Source of the DNA: Thermomicrobiales bacterium
Lineage (GTDB): Bacteria > Chloroflexota > Chloroflexia > Thermomicrobiales > UBA6265
Length of the DNA: 64,000 nucleotides
Assembly (NCBI GenBank): GCA_038246475.1
Contig: JBBRVX010000001.1
Coordinates: 16,501 to 80,500 of the forward strand
Direction: 5' to 3'
Part shown: in pieces, positions 9,271 to 18,145 of the stretch
How positions within the stretch are numbered: position 1 is the stretch's first letter
Layout of the letters: each line of letters opens with the position of its first letter
Position numbers and translations under genes: made by a program
Notes under the pieces: generated by a model
Told to the model about the DNA's origin: nothing
The model's input: the letters and a program-made list of their open reading frames with translations, nothing else
Databases searched by the model: none

Positions 9271-9326
9271 GGCTATCGGCTATCGGCTATGAGCTATGAG
9301 CGTACGACTCCCGACTCCCGACTCGC
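9271..9326. repeat. Eight consecutive heptamers: 2x GGCTATC, GGCTATG, AGCTATG, AGCGTAC, 2x GACTCCC, GACTCGC
   Basis: Read directly from the sequence. Strict 7-nt register in the divergent intergenic region between 8338..9174(-) and 9348..9671(+). Confidence 0.9.
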
Positions 9327-9347
9327 CGTCACCCGCCGGAGGCCGAC

Positions 9348-9671
9348 ATGACCGAAGAACCGATCATCGCGGAACCAGAAGACCAATCGTTGCGGCCGCT
9401 GCCTCGACCACGAGCGGAAATGGACGAGATGCTCGACATGGTCTGGCCGGAAACCGGATTGCAGACAGGCGCACGAGTTTCCCTGCGCGAGAAAGATGCG
9501 CTCGGTGAGGATGATGTCGTCGAGCTCGACATCGACTTTGTCAGACTTTCGCTCTCACCACTGGAGTTCATTCAACTGGCATCGTTTCTCCGCATGACCG
9601 TTGACGGATTGCTCGACCGCCACCCTGGGCTGCAGCGGGCGGTGGTCAACGCATTCGACATTCGCGAATGA
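9348..9671 (+). CDS. Hypothetical acidic protein
   Basis: 107-aa ORF with a GGAGG Shine-Dalgarno about 6 nt upstream of the ATG and GC-rich third positions. No motif recognised. Confidence 0.55.
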   Translation: MTEEPIIAEPEDQSLRPLPRPRAEMDEMLDMVWPETGLQTGARVSLREKDALGEDDVVELDIDFVRLSLSPLEFIQLASFLRMTVDGLLDRHPGLQRAVVNAFDIRE

Positions 9672-9913
9672 CATGACGCTCCTGACCTGCTCCTCACGTC
9701 CCGTCATGAATGAGGGATACTCAATGGTTGAGCAATAGCTCGTTCGCGCGGCGCGCACCTTCCGGAGGAGCATTGGTAGCCGAGTCAGGTCAGGAACGCG
9801 GGATTCCGGGAGCACTCGCTCCTGTACGAGTCGTCAAATCGCGGGTCGATCGTGCCGGTGCGGGCGCCCGCCGCGCCAGCAGAACCTCAACCACACCTCG
9901 GGCGTCGGGACAC

Positions 9914-10708
9914 ATGGGTCGGGTTCCTCGCATCGCCATAAGCGGTCTTGCCGCCATCCTCATTTTCTTCCTGGCTGTTCCCGTGCTCGCGCTGCTCGTC
10001 CGCGCATTTGGCGCCGGAGATGGTTGGAACGACGAAACGTTGCAAACCCTGCGCCAGGCCCTTCAGCTCAGTCTCGTGACCACGGCGATGTCGATGGCGG
10101 TCGTCATCGCCCTGGGCACGCCTCTGGCATATCTGCTGGCCCGGCGCAGGTTTCCCGGCGCGGCATTGGTCGAAGCGCTCGTCGATCTGCCCATCGTCCT
10201 GCCGCCGGCAGTCGCCGGCATCGCGCTCCTGATGGCCTTTGGACGACGCGGCATTATCGGGCAGTGGCTCGATCAGGGCGGCATCACGCTCGGGTTCACT
10301 ACCGTGGCGGTGGTCATGGCGCAGATCTTCGTGGCCGCGCCATTCTTCGTGATCGCCGCGCGCGGTGGCTTCGCCAGAATCGAGCGGGAAATCGAGGATG
10401 CCGCCGCCGATCTTGGCGCATCGCCGGGCCGCGTCTTTCGCACCGTGACCCTCCCGCTCATGGCGCCGAGTCTGATCGCGGGGGCGGTTCTGGCCTGGGC
10501 CCGTGCCCTCGGCGAGTTTGGCGCCACGATCATGTTCGCCGGAAACTTCCCAGGGGTTACGCAGACGATGCCGCTCGCCATCTATGGCCGCTACGGCGCG
10601 GGCGATCTGCCGACCGCGCTCTTGCTCTCGGTTGTCCTGCTGGTGGCCTCGCTGGTCGTCTTGCTCGGGGTGCGGCTTGTGGGAGGACGCGTGCGGGACG
10701 GACTCTGA
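9914..10708 (+). CDS. modB: Molybdate/tungstate-type ABC transporter permease ModB (orphan)
   Basis: LVDLPIVLPPAVAGIALLMAFGRRG and ARALGEFGATIMFAGNFPGVTQTMPLAIY align closely with E. coli ModB (LPLVLPPVVVGYLLL..GRRG; ARSLGEFGATITFVSNIPGETRTIP). Start taken at ATG 9914; the upstream track extension is Arg/Ala-rich junk. Confidence 0.85.
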   Translation: MGRVPRIAISGLAAILIFFLAVPVLALLVRAFGAGDGWNDETLQTLRQALQLSLVTTAMSMAVVIALGTPLAYLLARRRFPGAALVEALVDLPIVLPPAVAGIALLMAFGRRGIIGQWLDQGGITLGFTTVAVVMAQIFVAAPFFVIAARGGFARIEREIEDAAADLGASPGRVFRTVTLPLMAPSLIAGAVLAWARALGEFGATIMFAGNFPGVTQTMPLAIYGRYGAGDLPTALLLSVVLLVASLVVLLGVRLVGGRVRDGL

Positions 10709-10901
10709 GACGCCCACTTCTTCACCAACCGGACCTTGCAAGCAGATTCGCGGCGATTGACAAGGACGCCAGAGCCGCTAGTCTGCACAGCAAAGCCTCT
10801 TCACGCGTGTCATGCTCCTTTACGGCTAACGGGCGCACGATGCGGTTGCCGGGAGGCTCGCGCCGTCACGCGGTCGAGGCATCGACTCCAGGAGGACCAG
10901 A

Positions 10902-11327
10902 ATGAACGCGACATTCGGCGAGTCTGGCTCGCGGGTAAGCACGGAAGCGACAGCCAATCTCCGCTTCTTGCGCATCATGCTCGGGTTGCAAGTCGCGTTG
11001 GGACTGCTGTGGGGCGTTTCGATGCTCTTCTTCGCCCGCCAGATCGTCCTCGGTTCTTCGGATGGACCCCACATCGAGAAGATCGCGATGGAAGGCGCGG
11101 CCCACATGACCCTGGTCTTCGCGGCCTTGCTGGTTTGGCGTGCGCCCCACCGCTCGCGCGACGTGTTGCTGGTCATGATCTTCCTGAACGGCCTCTGGAC
11201 CTTGACCGATCTCGTCTATATCCCGCTGCAGGGCCTGAGCGAGATCGACTTCTACGCCAAAGTCATCGTCAACGCGGTTCTGGCGATCGGGCTGTTCCTG
11301 GCCAGCCGCCGCGCCGGCATTGTCTGA
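10902..11327 (+). CDS. Hypothetical integral membrane protein (about 4 hydrophobic segments)
   Basis: AGGAGG 6 nt upstream of the ATG. Hydrophobic stretches such as LRIMLGLQVALGLLWGVSMLFF and VIVNAVLAIGLFLA. Confidence 0.6.
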   Translation: MNATFGESGSRVSTEATANLRFLRIMLGLQVALGLLWGVSMLFFARQIVLGSSDGPHIEKIAMEGAAHMTLVFAALLVWRAPHRSRDVLLVMIFLNGLWTLTDLVYIPLQGLSEIDFYAKVIVNAVLAIGLFLASRRAGIV

Positions 11328-11389
11328 GTCTGACGGGATCGAGTCTCAGACGGTAGTCCTGATAATCAGTGTCCGTTTGCGCAGGCGAG

Positions 11390-11434
11390 CCCTCACCCCC
11401 TAACCCCCTCTCCCAGTGCGCTGGAGAGAGGGGG
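11390..11434 (-). repeat. REP-like palindromic intergenic repeat, copy A (inverted orientation)
   Basis: CCCTCACCCCCTAACCCCCTCTCCCAGTGCGCTGGAGAGAGGGGG is the reverse complement of the unit seen at 15814 and 39768. Lies in a convergent gene gap. Confidence 0.85.
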
Positions 11435-11879
11435 AAACGAAGCCAAGACCCCGCGAGTGCAGAGAGTCTTGAGCCAGATTGCGGATCAGCCGGCAATCTC
11501 GCCCGAAGCCAGAGCGCGGGCCAGCACACCGGCCCACGGGTTCGGGATCATGCCGTTCGTCTTGCCGCTTCTCGGTGGCTCGGTCGCTTCGCAATGGGCG
11601 CCAGGTGGAGATCTCGCGCGGTGCGACAAGGATTTCGGGCAGCGCCGCGTGCCAATCCTCCCGGTATGGGCGCTTCAGTTGCATGTCGACCACATCGTCC
11701 AGGTCGTCCCAGGTCTCGTGTAGCAGGAAGCGGTTGGCGTCCTCGGGATCGCCGAGTAGGATCGCTTCATGAAAGCGCGGCTCGTGGCGCATGGCGTCGA
11801 GCACGTCTCCCAGCAGGCGAAGAAAGCGCTCTCGTTCCGCCGGCACGACGGTGAAGCGAATGACAAAGGTCACTGGCAT
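11400..11879 (-). CDS. Antibiotic-biosynthesis-monooxygenase (ABM/Dabb) domain protein
   Basis: MPVTFVIRFTVVPAERERFLRLL..HEPRFHEAILLGDPEDANRFLLHETWDD fits a ferredoxin-like ABM domain. The roughly 55-aa C-terminal tail runs into repeat copy A, so the true 3' end and tail are doubtful. Confidence 0.6.
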   Translation of the reverse strand: MPVTFVIRFTVVPAERERFLRLLGDVLDAMRHEPRFHEAILLGDPEDANRFLLHETWDDLDDVVDMQLKRPYREDWHAALPEILVAPREISTWRPLRSDRATEKRQDERHDPEPVGRCAGPRSGFGRDCRLIRNLAQDSLHSRGLGFVSPSLQRTGRGG

Positions 11880-11929
11880 TGGTAGGTCTCCTGGCATTGG
11901 CGCAGGCCGCTCCTGAGTGCAGTCCGGCT

Positions 11930-12757
11930 TCAGTTCTGGATGAAGTGAAGAAGGTCGGCATTGAGCCGGGCCGCGTGGGTGATAAAGAGTCCGTGTGCGG
12001 CATTCTCGTATTCCAGAAATCGGTTGTTCGGCACGAGCCGCGCTGTCTGGCGGCCGCAGAGGTCGATCGGCGCCTGGGCGTCATGGTCTCCGTGGATGAT
12101 GAGCGTTGGCATCTGGAGCGCGCGCAACTCATCCCGCAGATCGGTTGCAAACCCCGTCAGAAAGAACTCCGTGGTGGCCCTGGCCGAGCAGTCGAGACAC
12201 TGCCCGATCATGAACTCGGCAAATTCTGGCGAGATTGTGATGCCCGGCAAGCCGACGCCGAAGAAGCCGTCCGCGTGGTCGGCATACCACTTGGCGCGGT
12301 CCGCGGTGCGGACCGCCATATCGGCCTCCATCCAGGCCGGGTCCACACCGTCCGGGTTGCTCTCCGTCTTCATCGCGAATGGCGTCGTTGCGGAGACGAG
12401 CGCGATGCGCTGCACCCGGCTGGCGCCTTGGCGCGTGAGATAGCGAATGATTTCGCCGCCACCGGCTGAATGACCCACCAGCGTCGCATTCTGGAGCTCG
12501 AGTGAGTCCATGAGCGCCGCCAGATCGTCGGCCAGCGTATCGTAGTCGTACCCATCCCAGGGCCAATCGGAGCGGCCATGCCCGCGCCGATCGAAAGCGA
12601 TGCAACGCAGCCCCTGATCGACAAGCGCCGGCAACTGAAACTCCCACATCCGCGAGCTCAGCCAGGCGCTGGCCACGAAGACCACGGGCTCCCCGGCGCC
12701 TCCATCAATGTAAAAGAGCCGTGTGCCATCCCTCGTCTCTACATACGGCAAGTTCAT
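11930..12757 (-). CDS. Alpha/beta hydrolase (non-haem haloperoxidase/arylesterase-like)
   Basis: TRDGTRLFY..GEPVVFV..FDRRGHGRSD, the nucleophile elbow GHSAGG, and a C-terminal HGDHD..AAHGL. Start at MNLPYVE. Confidence 0.85.
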   Translation of the reverse strand: MNLPYVETRDGTRLFYIDGGAGEPVVFVASAWLSSRMWEFQLPALVDQGLRCIAFDRRGHGRSDWPWDGYDYDTLADDLAALMDSLELQNATLVGHSAGGGEIIRYLTRQGASRVQRIALVSATTPFAMKTESNPDGVDPAWMEADMAVRTADRAKWYADHADGFFGVGLPGITISPEFAEFMIGQCLDCSARATTEFFLTGFATDLRDELRALQMPTLIIHGDHDAQAPIDLCGRQTARLVPNNRFLEYENAAHGLFITHAARLNADLLHFIQN

Positions 12758-13008
12758 TCCTCCTCGCGTCACCGCCCTTGCACTCCGTGCCCACACGGTA
12801 CGTTGCCAGCGCACCTCCGCCAATTACCCGCGAGGTCATGCCCGCACCCCGCTGCGCGCGCCGTGGCTTCTCGAACATGCACTGCCGCAGCGGGTTGGGC
12901 GCGCTTGTGCTTCGGGGCAGCGATCGGCTAGCTTCAACGCGATCAGGCGCTGCTTGCCGGCGTGGTTCGACTTTGAGGGGTCAGGACACGTCGCATCGGA
13001 GGGATTTC

Positions 13009-13995
13009 TTGCAACTGGCGACGCTCCCGCGCTATGCACTCGCGACGCTGCCGACGCCGCTTCAGCGCGCTCGCAATCTGGAGACAGCCCTGGGGCCCGG
13101 CTGCCCGCGCATCTATCTCAAACGCGACGATCTGACTGAGCTCGCCTTTGGCGGCAACAAGGCGCGCAAGCTCGAATATCTCCTGGCCGACGCTCTGAAC
13201 ACCAACGCGACCATCCTCGTCACCGAAGGCGCGGCGCAATCGAACCACGCCCGCATGACCGCCGCCGCGGCCATCATCGCGGGCCTGCGTTGTTTCCTGA
13301 TCCTCGATGCCCGGCACGGCGCTGATGTCGTCGGCAACCTCTTGCTCGATCATCTCCTGGGGGCCGAGGTGCGCATCGTTCCCGATCGGGCGGCGCGGGC
13401 CGAAGCCATGGCGAGCATCGGCGGCGAGCTGCGCGGGGCCGGCGAGCGCCCCTACATCGTCCCGACCGGCGGCAGCGTCCCGCTCGGGGCCGCCGCCTAC
13501 GTGGCCATGGTGGAGGAGCTGCTGGCGCAACTTGCAGAGCTTGGAGAAGCGCCGGGCCGCATCTATTTCGCGTCGGGGTCACTTGGTACCCAGGCCGGAT
13601 TGATGGTTGGCGCCCGCGCATATTCGGCTTCATTCAGCGTCCGTGGCATCGCCGTTCAACCGCCGGTCGAGAAGCTGCGAGCGGAGTGCGTGACGCTGGC
13701 GAATGAAACCGCGGAGCTGATTGGCCTGGAAGCGCGCTTCACGGTAGAGGATGTCGCGCTCGACGGCGCGTTCATCGGCGAGGCCTATGGCGTGCCGACC
13801 GCGGAGGGACTGGAGGCCATTCGTCTCCTGGCCCGCACCGAGGCCGTCTTCCTCGACCCGGTCTACACCGGCAAGGCGATGGCGGCGCTCCTTGCCGACG
13901 TTCGCGGTGGCGCGCTGAATGCAGATGACACGGTGATCTTTCTGCACACCGGTGGGGGACCGTCGGTGTTCGCCTTCGGCACGCAACTGCTCTGA
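13009..13995 (+). CDS. PLP-dependent D-cysteine desulfhydrase/ACC deaminase family protein
   Basis: TPLQRARNLE..IYLKRDDLTELAFGGNKARKLEYLLADA is the family signature. A TTG start at 13009 lies 5 nt after GGAGGG. The track ORF from 12721 overlaps the divergent hydrolase gene. Confidence 0.85.
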   Translation: MQLATLPRYALATLPTPLQRARNLETALGPGCPRIYLKRDDLTELAFGGNKARKLEYLLADALNTNATILVTEGAAQSNHARMTAAAAIIAGLRCFLILDARHGADVVGNLLLDHLLGAEVRIVPDRAARAEAMASIGGELRGAGERPYIVPTGGSVPLGAAAYVAMVEELLAQLAELGEAPGRIYFASGSLGTQAGLMVGARAYSASFSVRGIAVQPPVEKLRAECVTLANETAELIGLEARFTVEDVALDGAFIGEAYGVPTAEGLEAIRLLARTEAVFLDPVYTGKAMAALLADVRGGALNADDTVIFLHTGGGPSVFAFGTQLL

Positions 13996-14051
13996 TCGAC
14001 CCACGTCTGAATGGAGTCCTGACATGAAGAGACACGCCGAGATCTCAGCGC

Positions 14052-14828
14052 ATGTCTGATGATCGCCACGACCTCTTTGACGTGCGCGGCTATCGGATCG
14101 CGATCACCGGGGGCGCCAGCGGCATAGGGCTCGGCGCGACCACAGCCTTGCTGGGGCGGGGCGCGCTGGTCGAACTCTGGGATGAGCGAGAAGAAACGCT
14201 GGAACGGGCGCTCGCATCCGATCTTGTCCGCTGGCGCGAGGCCATCACGACGCGCGTCGTCGATGTGGCCGACGCCGCGGCGGTCGAGCGCGCCGCCTCC
14301 AACATGCTGAATGCCGGCCCCGTGGACGTCCTCATCAACTCCGCTGGCATCTCGTCCTTTCGGCGGCCGGTGCTCGACATTCCCGATGAAGACTGGCAGC
14401 GGATGCTCGCGGTGAACCTGATGGGGACTTGGAACACCTGTCGCGCGTTCGGCCGCGCCATGATCGAACGCGGCTCTGGCTCGATCGTCAATGTCTCGTC
14501 GGTCGACGCGGTCGATCCGAGCCCCGGCAACCTCCACTACGCCGTCTCCAAGGCGGCGGTCGCGATGTTGACGACGGGACTTGGCCGGGAGTGGGCAACG
14601 ACGGGCGTCCGCGTCAACGCCGTTGGTCCCGGCCCCGTTTCAACCCCACTGACGGAGCCGATTCTGGATGCGACGCCAGGTCTGCGCGAGCGCTGGGTCG
14701 CCTCCGTGCCCCTGGGCCGCATCGGCGCGCCGGAGGATCTGGCCGGGATCTTCGTCTATCTCGCCAGTCCGGCGTCGCGGTGGGTGACGGGGCGGTCGTT
14801 TTACATCGATGGCGGATGGCTGCTCTGA
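14052..14828 (+). CDS. Short-chain dehydrogenase/reductase (SDR)
   Basis: ITGGASGIGLG cofactor motif, NSAG, and the catalytic YAVSKAAV (YxxxK). Confidence 0.9.
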   Translation: MSDDRHDLFDVRGYRIAITGGASGIGLGATTALLGRGALVELWDEREETLERALASDLVRWREAITTRVVDVADAAAVERAASNMLNAGPVDVLINSAGISSFRRPVLDIPDEDWQRMLAVNLMGTWNTCRAFGRAMIERGSGSIVNVSSVDAVDPSPGNLHYAVSKAAVAMLTTGLGREWATTGVRVNAVGPGPVSTPLTEPILDATPGLRERWVASVPLGRIGAPEDLAGIFVYLASPASRWVTGRSFYIDGGWLL

Positions 14829-14945
14829 GCTTCAATCCTGATGGCGACGAAATTGCAGCCGCGTTGGTGCATGGGTGCGCCTTCGGCGAAAATCCGTCTA
14901 TCTGCGCCGACGGGCGCGCCTGATCGAGTTGCAAGGGGGAGTGTC

Positions 14946-15683
14946 GTGACCACGCGTGTAACCATCTGGAACGAGTATCGCCACGAAAAGGAGAGCCCGA
15001 AAATTGCCGCCGTTTACCCCGAGGGCATCCATGGCGCGATTGCGGCCGGGATCGCTTCCAGCGACCTTGTCATTCGCACGGCGACGCTCGATGAGCCTGA
15101 GCACGGCCTGACCGATGCGGTGCTCGCGGAGACGGACGTCCTGATCTGGTGGGGGCATAAGGCGCACGCCGCTGTGCAGGAGGAAATCGTCGCGCGCGTG
15201 CAACGGCGGGTGCTCGATGGCATGGGACTGCTGGTGCTCCATTCCGGCCACCACTCGAAGATCTTCAAGACGCTGATGGGGACGACCTGCAACCTTAAGT
15301 GGCGGGAGGCCAACGACAAGGAGCGGCTCTGGGTGGTCAACCCCAGCCATCCCATCGTCGATGGCATCGGGGAATACATCGAACTGCCGGCAGAAGAGAT
15401 GTACGGCGAGTTCTTCGACATCCCGCAACCCGACGACCTGGTCCTTGTGAGCTGGTTCAGCGGCGGCGAAGTCTTCCGCAGCGGCTGTTGCTATCAGCGG
15501 GGTCGGGGCAAGATTTTCTACTTCCGGCCCGGGCATGAGTCATACCCGACGTATCACAACGCCGATGTCCTGCGCGTCATCAGCAACGCCGTCACGTGGG
15601 CCGCTCCCGGCGCCGGACCGGAGCCGAACTTCGGTCTCAACGGCCCGAATGCGCCCCTGGAGCCACTCCCGGCCCGGGATTGA
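14946..15683 (+). CDS. ThuA-like (trehalose utilisation) domain protein
   Basis: [79 protein letters not shown] matches my recollection of ThuA family proteins. GTG start 5 nt after GGGGGAG. Confidence 0.8.
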   Translation: MTTRVTIWNEYRHEKESPKIAAVYPEGIHGAIAAGIASSDLVIRTATLDEPEHGLTDAVLAETDVLIWWGHKAHAAVQEEIVARVQRRVLDGMGLLVLHSGHHSKIFKTLMGTTCNLKWREANDKERLWVVNPSHPIVDGIGEYIELPAEEMYGEFFDIPQPDDLVLVSWFSGGEVFRSGCCYQRGRGKIFYFRPGHESYPTYHNADVLRVISNAVTWAAPGAGPEPNFGLNGPNAPLEPLPARD

Positions 15684-15813
15684 ACCGGCGGCTTCGCGTC
15701 ATGTGACACGGCGTGCAGCGGCGCGCTCAATGCTGCGACACGCTGGACGAGCCCCAGTGCCAGCGCCCAATAGCAAGGGAAGGTACGTAAGAATCACCGC
15801 CTCGAACACGGCA

Positions 15814-15859
15814 ATAAGCCCCTCTCCAAGCGCACTGGGAGAGGGGTTGGGGTGAGGGA
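15814..15859 (+). repeat. REP-like palindromic intergenic repeat, copy B
   Basis: AATAAGCCCCTCTCCAAGCGCACTGGGAGAGGGGTTGGGGTGAGGG. The stem CCCCTCTCC../..GGAGAGGGG forms a hairpin. Lies in the convergent gap between the thuA-like gene and the helicase gene. Confidence 0.9.
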
Positions 15860-15947
15860 TTCAGGCCGTGCGAATCGAAATAATTCCAGCTTTGTTGAAT
15901 CCTGCGGCCATCATGACGCAATCGTCGATCCGATTGCCGAGGCGATC

Positions 15948-17831
15948 CTAATTATCGCGGCTCGTGCGAAAGCGGGGTGAGCCACCCCTGTCGGGGCGAT
16001 CGGAGCGCTCATACCGGCGCTGTGGCGCGCGATCATCACCCCCGCGGCCGCCCGCGAAGGGAGGCCGGCCACCAGGCTGCGACGGCCGGCTGCCCCCCCG
16101 GAAGCTGCCCCGATCGCGCGGTCCAGGAGCGCCGTCCACCCGGGCGACCTCGGCGTTCACCGGCCGTCCCTTGATCTTCGCCTCGCGCATGGCGACGATC
16201 ACCCGATCGACGAATTCTCGCGGGATATCCACGAAGGCGTAGTCGTCGAAGATGTCGATGGCTCCGATGGCGCGGCCGGGAATGCTCGCCTCGTTGGCAA
16301 TGGCCCCCACGAAGTCCTGCGGGCGGGCGCCCTGGTTGCGGCCGACGTTGATGAAGAGCCGGACCATGCCCGTTTCGCCCCGCGGTCCGCGCGCCTGTGG
16401 CGCGGCGGCAGCGAAGGTGGCGATGTCGTTCTCCTGCTGCTCGGGCGTCGTGGTGCGTCCAGTCTCTTCCGCGTAGAGCTTGAGGATGGCGGCAGCTACT
16501 TCCGCCGCATCATGCTCGTCCGCGAGATCGTTGATCGTTTCAAGGTAGCTCGTGTAGCCATCATCGGGGGCGTCGAGCACCGCCAGGATTTGCTGCTTCA
16601 GCGCGTCACGACGGCGCTCGGCGACATCGGCCAGCGTCGGCAGGCGGCGCGGTTCGATGCGCGCCCGTGTCACCCGTTCAATCTGGCGCAGCCAGCGCAC
16701 CTCGCGCGGAGTGATGAGGGTAATGGCCTCGCCAGCGCGCCCGGCGCGCCCCGTGCGGCCGATGCGATGGACGTACGCCTCGGCGCTCTCCGGGATGTCG
16801 TAGTTGATGACGTGGGTGACGTCAGGGATATCGAGTCCACGCGCCGCGACATCGGTGGCGATCAGCATGTCCGCTTGCCCGGAGCGAAAGCGGCGCATGA
16901 CCCGATCGCGCTGCGCCTGGGAGAGGTCGCCGTGAATCGTCTCCACGCCATAACCTCGCGCCATGAGCGCCTCGCCAAGTTCGTCCACCCCGGCCTTGGT
17001 GCGGCAGAAGATCATGGTCGAGGGGGGGGATTCGGCGTCGAGAATGCGGGTCAAGGCGTCGATGCGTCGGGCTCGTGGCACCTCGTAGGAGAATTGCCGC
17101 ACCTGAGGCACGGTCATTTCCTTGCCGGCCACGGAGATGCGCTTGGCATCCCGCATGTAACGCGACGCCAGGTCGGCAATGCGGGGCGGCATGGTGGCCG
17201 AAAAGAGCGCCGTCTGCCGCTCGGCAGGGGCCTGATTGAGGATCCACTCGATGTCCTCAACAAAGCCCATATCGAGCATTTCGTCCGCCTCGTCGAGGAC
17301 AAAGAAGCGGATATTGTCGAGTTTCAGCGTGCCCCGGCGCATGTGATCCATGACCCGGCCGGGCGTGCCGACGACGATCTGCACCCCACGCTGCAGCCCG
17401 CGGAACTGCCGCTCGTAGGGCTGACCGCCATAGATCGGCAGCGTCTCGACCTCTTTGTGCCGGCCGAATTTGTGCAGCGCTTCGGCGACCTGGATCGCCA
17501 GCTCTCGCGTCGGCGCCAGGACGAGGGCCTGCACGGCGCGCAGTTTGGGGTCGATCACTTCGATGATGGGCAGGCCAAAGGCGGCCGTCTTGCCCGAGCC
17601 GGTTTGCGCTTGCGCAATGACATCTTGCCCGCTCAACAGCACGGGAATGGTTTCAATCTGGATGGGCGATGGCGCTTCGTAACCGACGTCTTTGATCGAC
17701 TTCAGCAGCGCGGTGTTGAGGCCAAGACTTTCAAATGTAGGTCCGGTCTCGTCGTCGGTGACCGGGGAAGAAGCCTCGCTCTCATCGGTGGCCGTGTCCA
17801 CGGCGGACGCGGTCGCGGTAATGTCAGTCAT
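15948..17831 (-). CDS. deaD: DEAD-box ATP-dependent RNA helicase with a C-terminal RNA-binding extension and an RGG-rich tail
   Basis: Q-motif region FESLGL..PSPIQ, AQTGSGKT, DEAD (VLDEADEM), SAT, HRIGRTGRAG, and the tail GGSRPSQPGGRPPFAGGRGG. Confidence 0.95.
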   Translation of the reverse strand: MTDITATASAVDTATDESEASSPVTDDETGPTFESLGLNTALLKSIKDVGYEAPSPIQIETIPVLLSGQDVIAQAQTGSGKTAAFGLPIIEVIDPKLRAVQALVLAPTRELAIQVAEALHKFGRHKEVETLPIYGGQPYERQFRGLQRGVQIVVGTPGRVMDHMRRGTLKLDNIRFFVLDEADEMLDMGFVEDIEWILNQAPAERQTALFSATMPPRIADLASRYMRDAKRISVAGKEMTVPQVRQFSYEVPRARRIDALTRILDAESPPSTMIFCRTKAGVDELGEALMARGYGVETIHGDLSQAQRDRVMRRFRSGQADMLIATDVAARGLDIPDVTHVINYDIPESAEAYVHRIGRTGRAGRAGEAITLITPREVRWLRQIERVTRARIEPRRLPTLADVAERRRDALKQQILAVLDAPDDGYTSYLETINDLADEHDAAEVAAAILKLYAEETGRTTTPEQQENDIATFAAAAPQARGPRGETGMVRLFINVGRNQGARPQDFVGAIANEASIPGRAIGAIDIFDDYAFVDIPREFVDRVIVAMREAKIKGRPVNAEVARVDGAPGPRDRGSFRGGSRPSQPGGRPPFAGGRGGDDRAPQRRYERSDRPDRGGSPRFRTSRDN

Positions 17832-18114
17832 CTGGAGCTCCTGTTGCTGAACGCACGAGGCGTAGGTTCGACCGCCGGGGATTGGTCAGAGCCAGCGCGG
17901 CCTCAGTACCGCAACTCTACCCCGAATCGGCCTCGCTGCGCCCGAAAGGCGCTCCGTTCGCTGCAATGCGCGGCCGCCACTGCTCCCGGCGCGGTTTTGC
18001 CACGCGTCGGCGGCAAGAGCCCAGAGGGGGTGATGGGGATGAAGGCTATGAGACACAGGAACAGGGTCAACTTCAACGCGCGCGGGACGCGTCGCCCGCG
18101 TGCGGGTTGGGGTG

Positions 18115-18145
18115 TGAGAGAAGGGCTGGGGTGAGGGCCAGTCTC
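18115..18145 (+). repeat. Degenerate tail-only relative of the REP-like repeat
   Basis: GGTTGGGGTGTGAGAGAAGGGCTGGGGTGAGGG carries the GGGGTGAGGG tail twice but lacks the palindromic core. Confidence 0.3.

Noticed and set aside
9271-9326. Possibility that the heptamer array is a degenerate CRISPR array or a coding repeat
   Set aside because: The units are only 7 nt with no spacers, and no cas genes are present. The array is outside any credible ORF.
16512-18134. 540-aa plus-strand ORF opposite the DEAD-box helicase gene
   Set aside because: It is antisense to a helicase with all conserved motifs, and its composition is Arg/Gly/Asp-biased.
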